A DNA stretch of 64,000 bases from Myxococcota bacterium (GTDB taxonomy: Bacteria; Myxococcota_A; UBA9160; SZUA-336). The position numbers and the translations under genes were made by a program. Location: NCBI GenBank assembly GCA_965247115.1, contig CBDFGR010000002.1, forward strand, positions 2,112,001 to 2,176,000, written 5' to 3'. Under the pieces are notes generated by a model, which worked only from the letters and a program-made list of their open reading frames with translations, was not told where the DNA came from and did no database searches. Each line of letters starts with the position of its first letter. Position 1 is the first letter of the stretch. This document shows positions 1 through 9,512 of this stretch, piece by piece.

Positions 1-1088
1 TGCCGGTGGATCTCGACGAGGCCGGGGATGAGGACGATCCCCCAGACCGCGAACGCCAGCGCGACCCACGGGAGCGGGAGCAGCAAGAGTGCCAGGGCCC
101 ACGCGCCCGCGAAGCCGTAGAAGCGACGGAGCATCTTGGCCGGACTGGCCGGGGGCTTGTCCCCGGGGCGCGCGAGCGGGAAGGCCTTCGGGCGCAAGAA
201 CCAGCCGTGGGCGAGGAGGATCAGGAGAAAGCGGAACCAGGAGATATCCTCCGCACCGAGCTCCGGCGCGTCGTCGAGCGGGGGCTCCTCAGCGCTGGCG
301 GCGAGTCGCGACCGCAGCTGGTTCCAGGTGTAGGTCGCGGACGGGCGGGCTCCGGCGCCGCTCATGTTGTTGCGCGTGGGCCTGCAGCGCCAGCGGTAGA
401 GCACGCGGCCCTCGTTCGTGAGCGCCACCACGGCGGGCTGGTAGTAGCCCTTGGGGTGGGACGCCCAGGGCCGGTCGCGCAGGTGACCGAAGTCCCGGTT
501 GAAGAAGACCTCGACGAGACCGCGCTCGCGGCAGGTCTCGAGGATCTCGTGGTGCGGATCGCCCACCGCGGGGAACCCGAACTCCCAGTCTTCCTCCGCT
601 TCGGCGGCCAGGGTCTGCGGTTCGCTGGTGATGGCAAACACCTCGCCACCCGCTTCGCGGATGGCGTCGAGCACTCCCGACTTTCTGTAGCTCCGCAACT
701 CGAAGCGACAGGGCGGTCACCACCTGCCGCGGTAGTAGAGCAGCAGGACGAACTTGTGCTTCGCGAGCTGAGCGTCGAGCCACGTGCGGCGCACGCCCGC
801 AGGGGGGTCGAGAAGCGGCGGGATGGCGGGGTCGTCCGCCTCGATCGCGGTGACCTCGAAGCCGTCGCCCCGCGCCCGGATGCGGACCTGCTCGCGCGCG
901 CAGACCTCGCCCTCGCACAGGACCAATCCGAGCTCGAGGGCGTCGCCCGGCTTCGCGGCCAGGGCTGCCTCGGTTTCGACCAGGCCGGTCAGGCGGAAGT
1001 GGCTTCCGCGCGTTTCGTTGAGCCACGCCAGGGCGGCGTCGGCCGGAAGTCTCAGCTGCGGAGGGATGTCTTCGAGCAGTTGTAGACG
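1..1088 (-). CDS. Peroxiredoxin-like (AhpC/TSA-type) probable selenoprotein with C-terminal hydrophobic segment; start codon unclear, runs off window end
   Basis: Frame is open from 1088 to position 1 except for TGA at 717-719 in KFVLLLYYRGRW-U-PPCRFEL. Downstream reads GGEVFAITSEPQ..FPAVGDP..GYYQPAVVALTNEGRVLYRW. Confidence 0.75.
684..711 (-). promoter_or_regulatory. Candidate bacterial SECIS hairpin
   Basis: CTGT-C-GCTTCG-[AGTTG]-CGGAGC-T-ACAG on the minus strand; the loop starts 16 nt after the TGA and contains G/GU. Confidence 0.55.
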
Positions 1089-2840
1089 TCAGGCTCCCGG
1101 CGCGTACCCGTGGCGCAACAGCTTGCCCGGGGTCGCGCCGGTGCACTTGCCGTCCGCGAACGTGACCTCGCCGTTGACGACGATGGCGCGGTAGCCGATC
1201 GCGTGCTGCACGCGGCGCCACTCGCCTCCCGGGAAGTCGTGGGCGACCTCGCCGGTCCAGCGCGGGGAGATGTCGAGCGCGTCCAGGTCGTAGACGACGA
1301 TGTCGGCCGGAGCGCCGACCCGCAGCGTCCCGCGATCGCGGAAGCCCGCGGCGTGGGCGGGCAGCGCGCTCAGCCGGAAGTGCGCCTCCTCGAGGCTGAT
1401 CCGGGGCTCGTCGCGGACGAGCCACACCAGGAAGTCCGTGGTGAAGGCGCCGCCGGTGAAGAACTTCGTGTGCGCGCCCCCGTCGGAAACCCCGGGGAAC
1501 GTGTACATGGAGTCGTTGATCATCGCAGCCATGTGGTCGGCGTTCAGACCGCGCGCGGGGGGGGGCCCGAGGAACTCGACCTCGAGGTCTCCGGCGACGG
1601 CGACGTCCAGCATGGCGTCGACCGGGAGCTTGCCCTCCTCCTCGGCGATCTGCGCGACCGACTTTCCGACGTACTTCTCGAGCTCGGCGTGGCCCTTCAC
1701 GTCCTGGACGAGCAGCTTCTCCATCGGGCCGCCCACCCCGGCCTGGACGATGCGGAGCTTCTCCGCGACCTCGCTCATGGACTCGCGGCGCATCTCCTCG
1801 CGGATCTTGGGGTCGGAGAGCTTCTTCAGCCGCTCCTCCTTGCTTCCCGTGGTCGCCTTGCGCCACGCGCGACTCGCGTCGTAGAGGTTCCAGTCCTCGA
1901 GCGTGAAAACGAAGCCCGCGCGCAACGTCCCGCCCTGGCCGAACATCTGGAGCCCCTCCTCCCGGCAGCGGTCGATCCACTCCAGCCGCTTCTCGTGGAT
2001 CCGCGGGTTCCTGGGGCTGACCGGCACCGCGTTGTGGAGGATCGGGCGCTGCGCCACGCGGGCCAGCTCGGCCTGGAACGCCAGGTCGCGCCGGTTGTGG
2101 CCCGTGGCCTGCGTGATCTGGATGAAGCCCTCGTCGCGCTCTCGCAACACCTCGGCCAGGCAGAGGATGTCCTCGTCGACCATGGTGTCTGTGACCATGG
2201 GAGATCCGTCGAAGTCGGCCTGGGTGGAATCCTTGCCCAGTCGTTGAATCGAGAAGCCACACAGACCCGCGTCCATTCCCTCGTGGAGCAGCCGCTGCAT
2301 CTCCGCGCGCTCCGCCGGGGTGGCCGGGCGGGTCTTGGCGGCCTCCAGGCCCATCACGTAGGTCATGAGCGACGCGGTGGGCATGTACTGCAGGCAGTTG
2401 ACGCCCTTGGGCGCGCGATCCAGGGAGTCGAGGTACTCGGGGATCGTCTCCCAGTCCCAGTTCATCCCCTCCTGCATCGACTCCATGGGGATGGCCTCGG
2501 TCCGCGTCATCGTGAGCATGGAGCGCTCCCGGAACTCGGGTCGGACCGGTGCGAACCCGAACCCGCAGTTCCCGAGCACGACGGAGGTCACCCCGTGCCA
2601 GCTGGAGATCGTACACCACGGGTCCCAGCGGATCTGGGCGTCGTAGTGGGTGTGAAGGTCCACGAAGCCGGGGGCGACGATGTGTCCGCCAGCGTCGACC
2701 TCGCGCGCGGCGGCGCCCGGGGCCCGGCCGCCGATCTGCGCGATCCGTCCGTCCTTCACCCAGAGGTCACCCGCGAACCGGGGAACCCTCGTCCCGTCCA
2801 CGATCGTGCCGCCGCGAATGTGCAGGTCATACTCGGCCAC
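1089..2840 (-). CDS. N-acyl-D-amino-acid deacylase-like amidohydrolase
   Basis: GFVDLHTHYD, GVTSVVLGNCG and SDGGAH motifs; GTG start after GGGAGG (ATG at the same position in copy C). Confidence 0.9.
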   Translation of the reverse strand: MAEYDLHIRGGTIVDGTRVPRFAGDLWVKDGRIAQIGGRAPGAAAREVDAGGHIVAPGFVDLHTHYDAQIRWDPWCTISSWHGVTSVVLGNCGFGFAPVRPEFRERSMLTMTRTEAIPMESMQEGMNWDWETIPEYLDSLDRAPKGVNCLQYMPTASLMTYVMGLEAAKTRPATPAERAEMQRLLHEGMDAGLCGFSIQRLGKDSTQADFDGSPMVTDTMVDEDILCLAEVLRERDEGFIQITQATGHNRRDLAFQAELARVAQRPILHNAVPVSPRNPRIHEKRLEWIDRCREEGLQMFGQGGTLRAGFVFTLEDWNLYDASRAWRKATTGSKEERLKKLSDPKIREEMRRESMSEVAEKLRIVQAGVGGPMEKLLVQDVKGHAELEKYVGKSVAQIAEEEGKLPVDAMLDVAVAGDLEVEFLGPPPARGLNADHMAAMINDSMYTFPGVSDGGAHTKFFTGGAFTTDFLVWLVRDEPRISLEEAHFRLSALPAHAAGFRDRGTLRVGAPADIVVYDLDALDISPRWTGEVAHDFPGGEWRRVQHAIGYRAIVVNGEVTFADGKCTGATPGKLLRHGYAPGA

Positions 2841-2869
2841 GGGGAAGCCTCCCTTCACTAGGTGGAAGC

Positions 2870-2899
2870 ATTATAGGCGTCGTTCGCTAACTGTTTCAA
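2870..2899 (-). promoter_or_regulatory. Sigma70-type promoter overlapped by 9-bp inverted repeat
   Basis: TTGAAA-18-TATAAT; GTCGTTCGC-13-GCGAACGAC straddles the -35. Confidence 0.7.
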
Positions 2900-2969
2900 C
2901 GCGAACGACACGAGTCGCAACTCATCGGGTATTCAAGACCCGCCGACGTCCGGTGGCACAGGGGAGGAC

Positions 2970-5247
2970 GTGGGGCGTACCCGCCGTCCGAAGACGGTTC
3001 AGTCCTACAAGATCGCGGTCATCAAGCTGATCGAGTGCGTCCCGGCAGCACGCGAGCGCTACATCACGCGCGCCGACCTGATCAAGTTCCGGGACTGGCG
3101 CGCGGACACGACTTCGGTGTCCAGCGCGAACCGCGACCTCAAAGCTCTGAAGGCGTGCTTGTCGTGGAGCTGGTTGAACGAGCTGGGCCACCCGCCTGTC
3201 AACCTGAAGCGCCTGCTCTTGCAGCCTCCGCCTCGCAAGGACGAGACACTCACCCCTGACGAGGTTGAGCGGGTCATGAAGGCATCGGAGTTCGACGTGC
3301 CCGTGCGCATCGTGCTGCGGATCTGCCACGCGACTGGGTTCAGGCTGGGTGAGGTCCTGAACCTGATCTGGTCTGACGTGGACGAGATCAGCATCACCGC
3401 GAAGCCGTGGTGGCAACCGAAGACAGACGCGGCGATCCGGACGGTCTACCCCCCTGAGCTAGCCGAGTGGCTCGTCGAGTACCGCGAGACGCTGCGGCAT
3501 GGTGGCGCGGGCGACCGCGTATGCCAGCAGCATGAGATGTCGGGCAAGTTTGCCCAAGGCCGACGCGGTCTTCTGCCGACCTACAGTGAAAAACTGAATG
3601 CAAACGACTGCTCATCGCCCCGCAGTCCAACCTCATCGGCCGAGGAGTGGGCCTCAGAGCGAATACAGAGACCCTCCCCACCGTGCACCTCAACACAGAT
3701 CATTTCTGTCCCAGCAGCATCATGCTTCCCTCGACGCCGTAGGAGGCGGACACGAAATTCGGCCCGAGCCCAAGGAGAGTCCGTCAGAGAATTAGCCTAG
3801 AGTTCGATGCGATATAGCTTGCAGGCGTTCTCGCAGACGATCTTGCGGGTAACCGCTTCGGGCACATCGGCAAAATCTCTTTCAATGACTCTTTGCGAGT
3901 GGGGCCACGTCGAGTCCGCATGCGGGAAATCCGACGCCCACATGTAGTTGTCCTCGCCGAAAAACCGGTAGTTGGCCGGCGCTACCGGATCGTCTTGAAA
4001 CGTGGCCCAGATCTGCCTCTTGATGTACTCGCTCGGTTTCATCGGGATCTGAATCTTCATCATGCTCCCGAATTTCTCGTGGACATGGTCCAGACGGTAC
4101 AGGTAATGGGGGAACCAGCCTGCATCGTTTTCGGCAGAGACGATCGGGAGTTCCGGAAAACGTTCCAGGACACCACCGAAGATCAAGGTCGTGAGCGACA
4201 GCTGTACCTCATGCAGGATACGCATTTCCCAAACGCCAATCGAGCGAAAGTCGATCTGGCCCGCTTTGCTCTTGCCCGTGATGACGTGGAGTGAGAGCGG
4301 CATGTGGAGCTCAGAGGCCACCTGCCAGAAGGGATCGTAGACTTCGTCGTCGTAGGGTCTGTCTTCCGGTGGAGCCCCCCAGATCATCGCCCCTTTGAGG
4401 CCGTTCCTGGCGCACCGCTCGAGTTCCTTGACGCCCTCTGGAATATCTTCGAGCGAGATGAGCGCGATTCCATAGAGGCGTTTTGGAGCGTGCGAACAGA
4501 ACTCCCTTACCCAGTTGTTGTAAACCTCAAAGCAGGCCCGCTGCAGCTCCGCATCGTCCATCTGAAAGAGCGGCATGCCGAGAGTGGTGTACAGCACCTC
4601 AGCGTGGACGCCATCGACCTCCTGGTCCTTGAGCCGTTCTACCGGATCCCAGCCACTCGGCCTGGCGGCCTCGTAGCCCCTCTGCATGTGCTCTTTCAGT
4701 TCCTCGCCGCTTCTTCCGCTGGCGAACCCACCCGCCACAGGGAAGGGATTGATTCCGGGAGCGAGAAACGAATACCCCGGCTTTCCCTCATTCTTGACTA
4801 CCTGAGGAGCCCGGTCGCGGAACTTCTTGTCTAGCCGCTCGGTCCACAGATCGGCTGGCTCCATCATGTGCGAGTCGGCGGAAATCACACGCAGTGCCAT
4901 CCGGGCCTCCGAGGGCGTTTCTTCTCACACTTCTCTTGTCGGCCGGCACACTCTACATTGAGCGACGTGCATCGGGCAAGCCCTGGGGGCACAGAGTCCA
5001 CGAGAGGCTACGCCGGGTCTACGAGCGAGCTGGAATCTCGGGGAAGAAGCCGACGCACAGCCTGAGGCACACGATGGCATCCGACCTCGTTCAGTCTGGC
5101 GCTCCGATCCACGTGGCACAGCGGCACCTGGGGCACGCCAGCGCGAGCGTGACGCTGGCGGTGTACGCGCACGCGAAGTGGGACGGGCTGCGGCAGGCCG
5201 GCGCGGCTCTGGAAGAGTACCGGCGGGGCCACCAGGGACGGGACTGA
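2970..5247 (+). pseudogene. Tyrosine recombinase/integrase split by an insertion; probably 5'-truncated
   Basis: 2970-3548 has TGFRLGE (catalytic R); 4981-5247 has HSLRH, LGH and AVYAH. The halves rejoin in frame across the duplicated TCGGGCAAG (3540-3548, 4972-4980). Confidence 0.85.
3797..4900 (-). CDS. Amidohydrolase_2 family protein (inside integrase insertion)
   Basis: ISADSH, EVLYTT, LSLH, MWASDFPH and ENACKLY motifs. Confidence 0.9.
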   Translation of the reverse strand: MALRVISADSHMMEPADLWTERLDKKFRDRAPQVVKNEGKPGYSFLAPGINPFPVAGGFASGRSGEELKEHMQRGYEAARPSGWDPVERLKDQEVDGVHAEVLYTTLGMPLFQMDDAELQRACFEVYNNWVREFCSHAPKRLYGIALISLEDIPEGVKELERCARNGLKGAMIWGAPPEDRPYDDEVYDPFWQVASELHMPLSLHVITGKSKAGQIDFRSIGVWEMRILHEVQLSLTTLIFGGVLERFPELPIVSAENDAGWFPHYLYRLDHVHEKFGSMMKIQIPMKPSEYIKRQIWATFQDDPVAPANYRFFGEDNYMWASDFPHADSTWPHSQRVIERDFADVPEAVTRKIVCENACKLYRIEL

Positions 5248-5669
5248 TCTGATGGGTGCCGCCCAGCCTCTCTGCGATGGGTGGCAGACAGTCCTCGTTG
5301 CACCGGAAACATCGCGCTCCCTCGGGTGCCTGGACCTAGGAGTACGCCGTGTGCCTTGACCTTGCCCGCCAGCTCCTCTGATCACGCGATCGTCGAGCTT
5401 CTCGATCTGACCAATCGCGGTCGTCTCTCCACGACGCTCCGAGTCTAGGAGGGAGAGCCGCTTTCTATTGAAGTCGATCCTCACAAAGTCGGCGAGGCTG
5501 ACCCCGTCCGCATCTCCCTTGACGCAGTCGCCGTCCACTCGGCACTCGACGGCGTCCATGAAGGCGCAGATGAACTCGGAAGAGCCGTCGAAAGTGTCCG
5601 CGCCCGCGGGAGCGGCGACGAGGAGGGCACACAGGCCGCGGAGTCAAGCTCCCGCTCGTTCTCGTGCAA

Positions 5670-5850
5670 TCACCGGCAGATCTCGACGCTTCGAGGTGGG
5701 CGGAGCCACGCTCTCCTCCGCACTCGAGGCACTCATCCAGCAGCGGCCCGGCCTCGCTTACCACCTCTTCGACGACGCCCGCCAGATGCGACGCCACATT
5801 CTGTGCTTCTGCAACGACGAGTACCGGCGCGGCCGCGCTGTCGAAGATCC
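5670..5850 (+). pseudogene. MoaD/ThiS-like fragment
   Basis: FEVGGATLSSALEAL..PGL..HLFDD..RRHILCFCND; no start or GG terminus. Boundaries approximate. Confidence 0.45.
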
Positions 5851-5921
5851 CTACTCGAAGCGACCGCTGAGTTCGATACTGGTATGTACCCTAGGGCCGA
5901 CCGAGCGTTCGCGCGGAGAAA

Positions 5922-8285
5922 TCAGTGGAAGCGATATTTGAGCTCTACTCCGTAGCGCCGGGGATCCGCGTAGAGGCTCATCGGACCACCGGTCGTTGCG
6001 ACATCGATCACGAGATTCAAGTGGTCTTTGTCTCCGAGATTGTTGACGAAGAAGTGCAGCTCAAAGTCGCCGAGCGTGTCCTCGAGCCTTCCACCTGCGG
6101 TGGCGAGGATGACCCGCGCGTTGGATAAGCTGTAGCTGGACTGTTCGGAGTAGGTTTCGTTGAAAGACGTGAAGTAGTAATTGTCCGACCAGGAATACTC
6201 ATACCGAAGCGAGGCCGATCCAAGGTCCGAGATGGGCACGGTGTAGTCCCCGCTGATGAAGAAGCTCTTGTCGGGGGCACGGGGCAGCTGATTCCCTTTG
6301 AGGTCCTCGATATTGCCGAAGAACGGGTTAAGTGAGAAGTATTCCTCGAACTCGGCATTCTGGATGGAGAGCCCGGCAGTCAACTGGAATCCCTCGAACG
6401 GGAAGGCCTGCAGCTCGGCTTCGAAGCCCAGCACCTCGGCGTCCGCGGCATTCTCAATGGTAGAGGAACTCGCGACGTTGACGGCAGCCTGGTAGTCTTC
6501 GTAGTCGTAGAAGAAGCCGACGAGATTCAAGCGGAGGCGGTCGTCGAGCCACTGGCTCTTCACACCGATCTCGTAGGACCAGAGGGTTTCCGGATCGTAG
6601 TCGGCCCCACAGGCGTCGGGATTTACGCCGCCGCCCTTAAAGCCGCGACTCACCGATGCGTATGCCATGACGGATTCCGCGACGTCGAAATCTACGCCGA
6701 ACTTCGGGGTCCAAGAGGTGTATTCCAGCTCGGTTTCGTGCCCTTCGCACAGGAAAAAATCGTGGCCAAAGCCGGGGATGTCCTCGAGCCCTGGGACTCC
6801 AAAAGACACAGTCTGATCAGTGTCCTTCTCCTCGTCACTGTATCGTATGCCGGCGGTTGCGCGGAGGCGCTCGGTCACGTGGTACGTCGCCTCCCCGAAC
6901 AGGGCCCAAGCCTCGGTGTCCTGATCCATACCGAAGATAAAATTGTCGACGATTTCCGCGTCCAGCACGTCAAACCCAGTTCCGCCGGCGTCCAGGATCT
7001 CCTGCCCCACGGCCGCCAAGTCGGGCAGTGTGTAGAAGAAGTGCGTGTCGGCGCGGTCCTTGAAGAGGTACGCTCCGACCACCCATTCGAGTTTCCCGTC
7101 GCCCGCGGAGCTCAGGGTGAGCTCCTGAGTCCACACCTTGGAATTCTGTTCCGAATTGGTGTTTATAAAGTTGGCCTCGGTTCCATCGAGGTCCCCATCG
7201 ACCTCCAACTCGTTATTGCGGAACGACGTGATGGAGTTGAGCGTCGCGTCACCAATCAGCGGCAGTCCGTGAAGGTCCAGCTTGATGGTGCTGCTGAGTC
7301 CCCAGACGCGCTTCTTGTCGGACAGCTTCCTGTCGATGTTGACGCGTTGGGCGTCCGGTTCCAGAGTGCCCCCGAACGTCACCGGACCGAACGGGATTAG
7401 CTGGCCGTTGTGCTGGAAGTGCGGCCCATGGTTACGGTCGCGCATCCAGTCGTAACGCACCAGGATCTCAAGGTCTTCGGCGGGGGTGTAGCGCAGCGCG
7501 CCTCGAAACGAGCCGTGATCGGTGTCGTCGAGCTTGTCCCCGTCGAAATTGTTCCGCCTCAGGCCGTCGCTCTGGTCCGTGGCCCAGCTCAGCCGCGCAC
7601 CCAGGTTCTCGTTAACCGGGCCGCCGAGAGCAGATCGAACGCGGTAGCGGTCGTTGTCTCCAGCCAGGGCGGAGAACTCCGCTTCCATAGATTCGGGTGG
7701 GGTCTTCGTCCACAGATTCATCGCCCCTCCGGTTGCATTCCGGCCGTAGAGCGTTCCTTGCGGACCTCGGAGCACCTCGATTCGCTCCAGGTCATCGTGG
7801 ATCGAGCTCGCGATGAAGTGGCGGGCCTGGTAGACGCCATCGATGTTGAGAGCGACTCCCGACTCACCCGCCATGGTGGGGATTTCGACGCCGACGCCGC
7901 GCAACGTGAATTGCGCGTTGGAGAGCGACTTGGCGAAGGTCAGGCCGGGAACGTGGAACTGCAGGTTCTCGATGCTGTCGAGGTCGCTGCGTGCGATATC
8001 ATCCGCAGAAAAGGCCGAGATCGCGATCGGTGTGGCCTGCAGGTTCGTCTCGCGACGCTCCGCCGTCACGACGAGCTCCTCGATCTGGGTCCGTCGGCTC
8101 AGGGAGGTCGCCTCTTCGGCCGCTTCTTCGGCCTCCTCTTCGACCAGTGCGGGCGGAGCCGGCACATCCACGTCTTCTCCGCTCGCCTCATCTCCGAGCG
8201 CGGGTGACGCAATGAGAGAGGCGCAGAGGGCGAGGGATGCGCCGTAAACAAAGAGCCGGCCTAAGTCAGTCGAGGGATTGCGCAT
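5922..8285 (-). CDS. TonB-dependent receptor
   Basis: Signal peptide, IEELVVTA TonB box, IEVLRGPQGTLYG, C-terminal YRF. Confidence 0.93.
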   Translation of the reverse strand: MRNPSTDLGRLFVYGASLALCASLIASPALGDEASGEDVDVPAPPALVEEEAEEAAEEATSLSRRTQIEELVVTAERRETNLQATPIAISAFSADDIARSDLDSIENLQFHVPGLTFAKSLSNAQFTLRGVGVEIPTMAGESGVALNIDGVYQARHFIASSIHDDLERIEVLRGPQGTLYGRNATGGAMNLWTKTPPESMEAEFSALAGDNDRYRVRSALGGPVNENLGARLSWATDQSDGLRRNNFDGDKLDDTDHGSFRGALRYTPAEDLEILVRYDWMRDRNHGPHFQHNGQLIPFGPVTFGGTLEPDAQRVNIDRKLSDKKRVWGLSSTIKLDLHGLPLIGDATLNSITSFRNNELEVDGDLDGTEANFINTNSEQNSKVWTQELTLSSAGDGKLEWVVGAYLFKDRADTHFFYTLPDLAAVGQEILDAGGTGFDVLDAEIVDNFIFGMDQDTEAWALFGEATYHVTERLRATAGIRYSDEEKDTDQTVSFGVPGLEDIPGFGHDFFLCEGHETELEYTSWTPKFGVDFDVAESVMAYASVSRGFKGGGVNPDACGADYDPETLWSYEIGVKSQWLDDRLRLNLVGFFYDYEDYQAAVNVASSSTIENAADAEVLGFEAELQAFPFEGFQLTAGLSIQNAEFEEYFSLNPFFGNIEDLKGNQLPRAPDKSFFISGDYTVPISDLGSASLRYEYSWSDNYYFTSFNETYSEQSSYSLSNARVILATAGGRLEDTLGDFELHFFVNNLGDKDHLNLVIDVATTGGPMSLYADPRRYGVELKYRFH

Positions 8286-8510
8286 TGTGCGGCCTCCATA
8301 TTCGGTGGCCAGGTGCTATCCCGGCTCCCAGCGTAGTCTGTCTCTCGCAATTCTTCCAGGTGAATGAGCATACGCTCGCCCGGTCCGCCCAGTCAACCGC
8401 ATAGTGCGTTGTTGAATCCGAGCGATTTCCGGCCAGTTACAGATCATCCCCGCCCGGAAGAACTCCACAGGAGGGAACCTCTAACTGGGCACCTCCTCGG
8501 TGCCACCGAC

Positions 8511-9330
8511 TTACTCCAGCAGCTTGAACGAGACCGCCGCGAAGAACCCCACCAGCGTCGAGATTCCGACCCGCGACCCCGAGCCCGCCAGGTGGACGGC
8601 TTCCGGAATCATGGTCGAGACGATCGTCGTGATCATGGCCCCGGCGGCGACGCCCTCGATGGCGATGAGCGCGTAGTGGGGAACCGCCCCCCCAATCGCG
8701 TACCCGACACCGGCGCCTGCCGCCGTGATCACCATCAACGCGCTCCACATCGAGAGCACGCGCATTCGGCTCCATCCCTGTGTCCGCATCGCCAGTGAGC
8801 TCGACAGCGCCTCTGGGAAGTTCGCCAGGAACAGCCCCGCGATCAGCGTGTAGGGGACGACCTCCGCAAAGGCCACGTCTGTTCCGCTCGCGAGGCGTCC
8901 TCTCAGTATCCCGAGGAAACCCGATCCGATCACGATGCTCTCGGGGATTCCGTCGATCAACATTCCGAGCCACACCGCGAGCCCGGCGCCGCTGCGCGCC
9001 TCTGCAGCCTGCCGGATCTCCGCCGGGCTCGGTACGACTGTTCCCTGTCGCAAAGCACCGATCGCCTGCTCCCCCCAGCTCTGTTCCATCTGGCTGCGAA
9101 CTGCATCGCGCTCGCGGATCTCCTCCAGTCGCTCGCTGGCCATCTCGCGAAAGCCCAGATCAAACTCCGGACACTCCGCACGCCAGCGCTCGAAGTCCGC
9201 TCCGCGCAGCACCAGTGCCTCTACGCGCCCTTTTGCTTGCGCAGAGACGGTGCGCGGAATACCGGCCAGCAGCGGAAGCTCGCCAAAGATCCCCCCGGCC
9301 CCCACCTCGAATAGCTCAGCATGGAGATGA
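8511..9330 (-). pseudogene. C-terminal part of cNMP-binding/ZIP-type metal transporter fusion
   Basis: FGELPLL..PRTVS (cNMP); DGIPES and ANFPEAL (ZIP). The N-terminus is replaced by unrelated sequence. Confidence 0.65.
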
Positions 9331-9512
9331 GTCCGAACTGACTCGCCCTCGGTAGCGCCTCTGCCATGGCTCCGAGGGCGTCCCAGTTCATCGTACCTCC
9401 GCTCCCTCCACATCGAACAGAGGCGCAAACCGGGTTGAGGCTTGTTCGACCCGAGGCGTCTAGGTTCCTCGCCCCCTCCTCCAAGGATGAGCTAGCCGAG
9501 GACGACGCCTAG

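Larger units (their letters stand above)
1019..2959 (-). repeat. 1,941-bp promoter+amidohydrolase unit, copy A (inverted repeat of 47548-49488)
   Basis: Reverse complement matches 47548-49488; both encode the same 589-aa ORF-track protein. Confidence 0.95.

Noticed and set aside
6..2861. Long antisense or alternate-frame ORFs (6-1085, 289-2619, 1110-2861 and similar elsewhere)
   Set aside because: Shadow ORFs of GC-rich genes; Arg/Ala/Gly-rich with no motifs.
2905..2945. tRNA-Ser(TGA)-like anticodon arm CGGGT-CTTGAAT-ACCCG plus variable-arm-like hairpin
   Set aside because: No acceptor stem, D-arm or TTCRA T-loop; treated as promoter-region hairpins.
2970..5247. Integron integrase with attC cassette array
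   Set aside because: No IntI-specific insertion recognised and no recurring RYYYAAC..GTTRRRY attC sites seen between genes.
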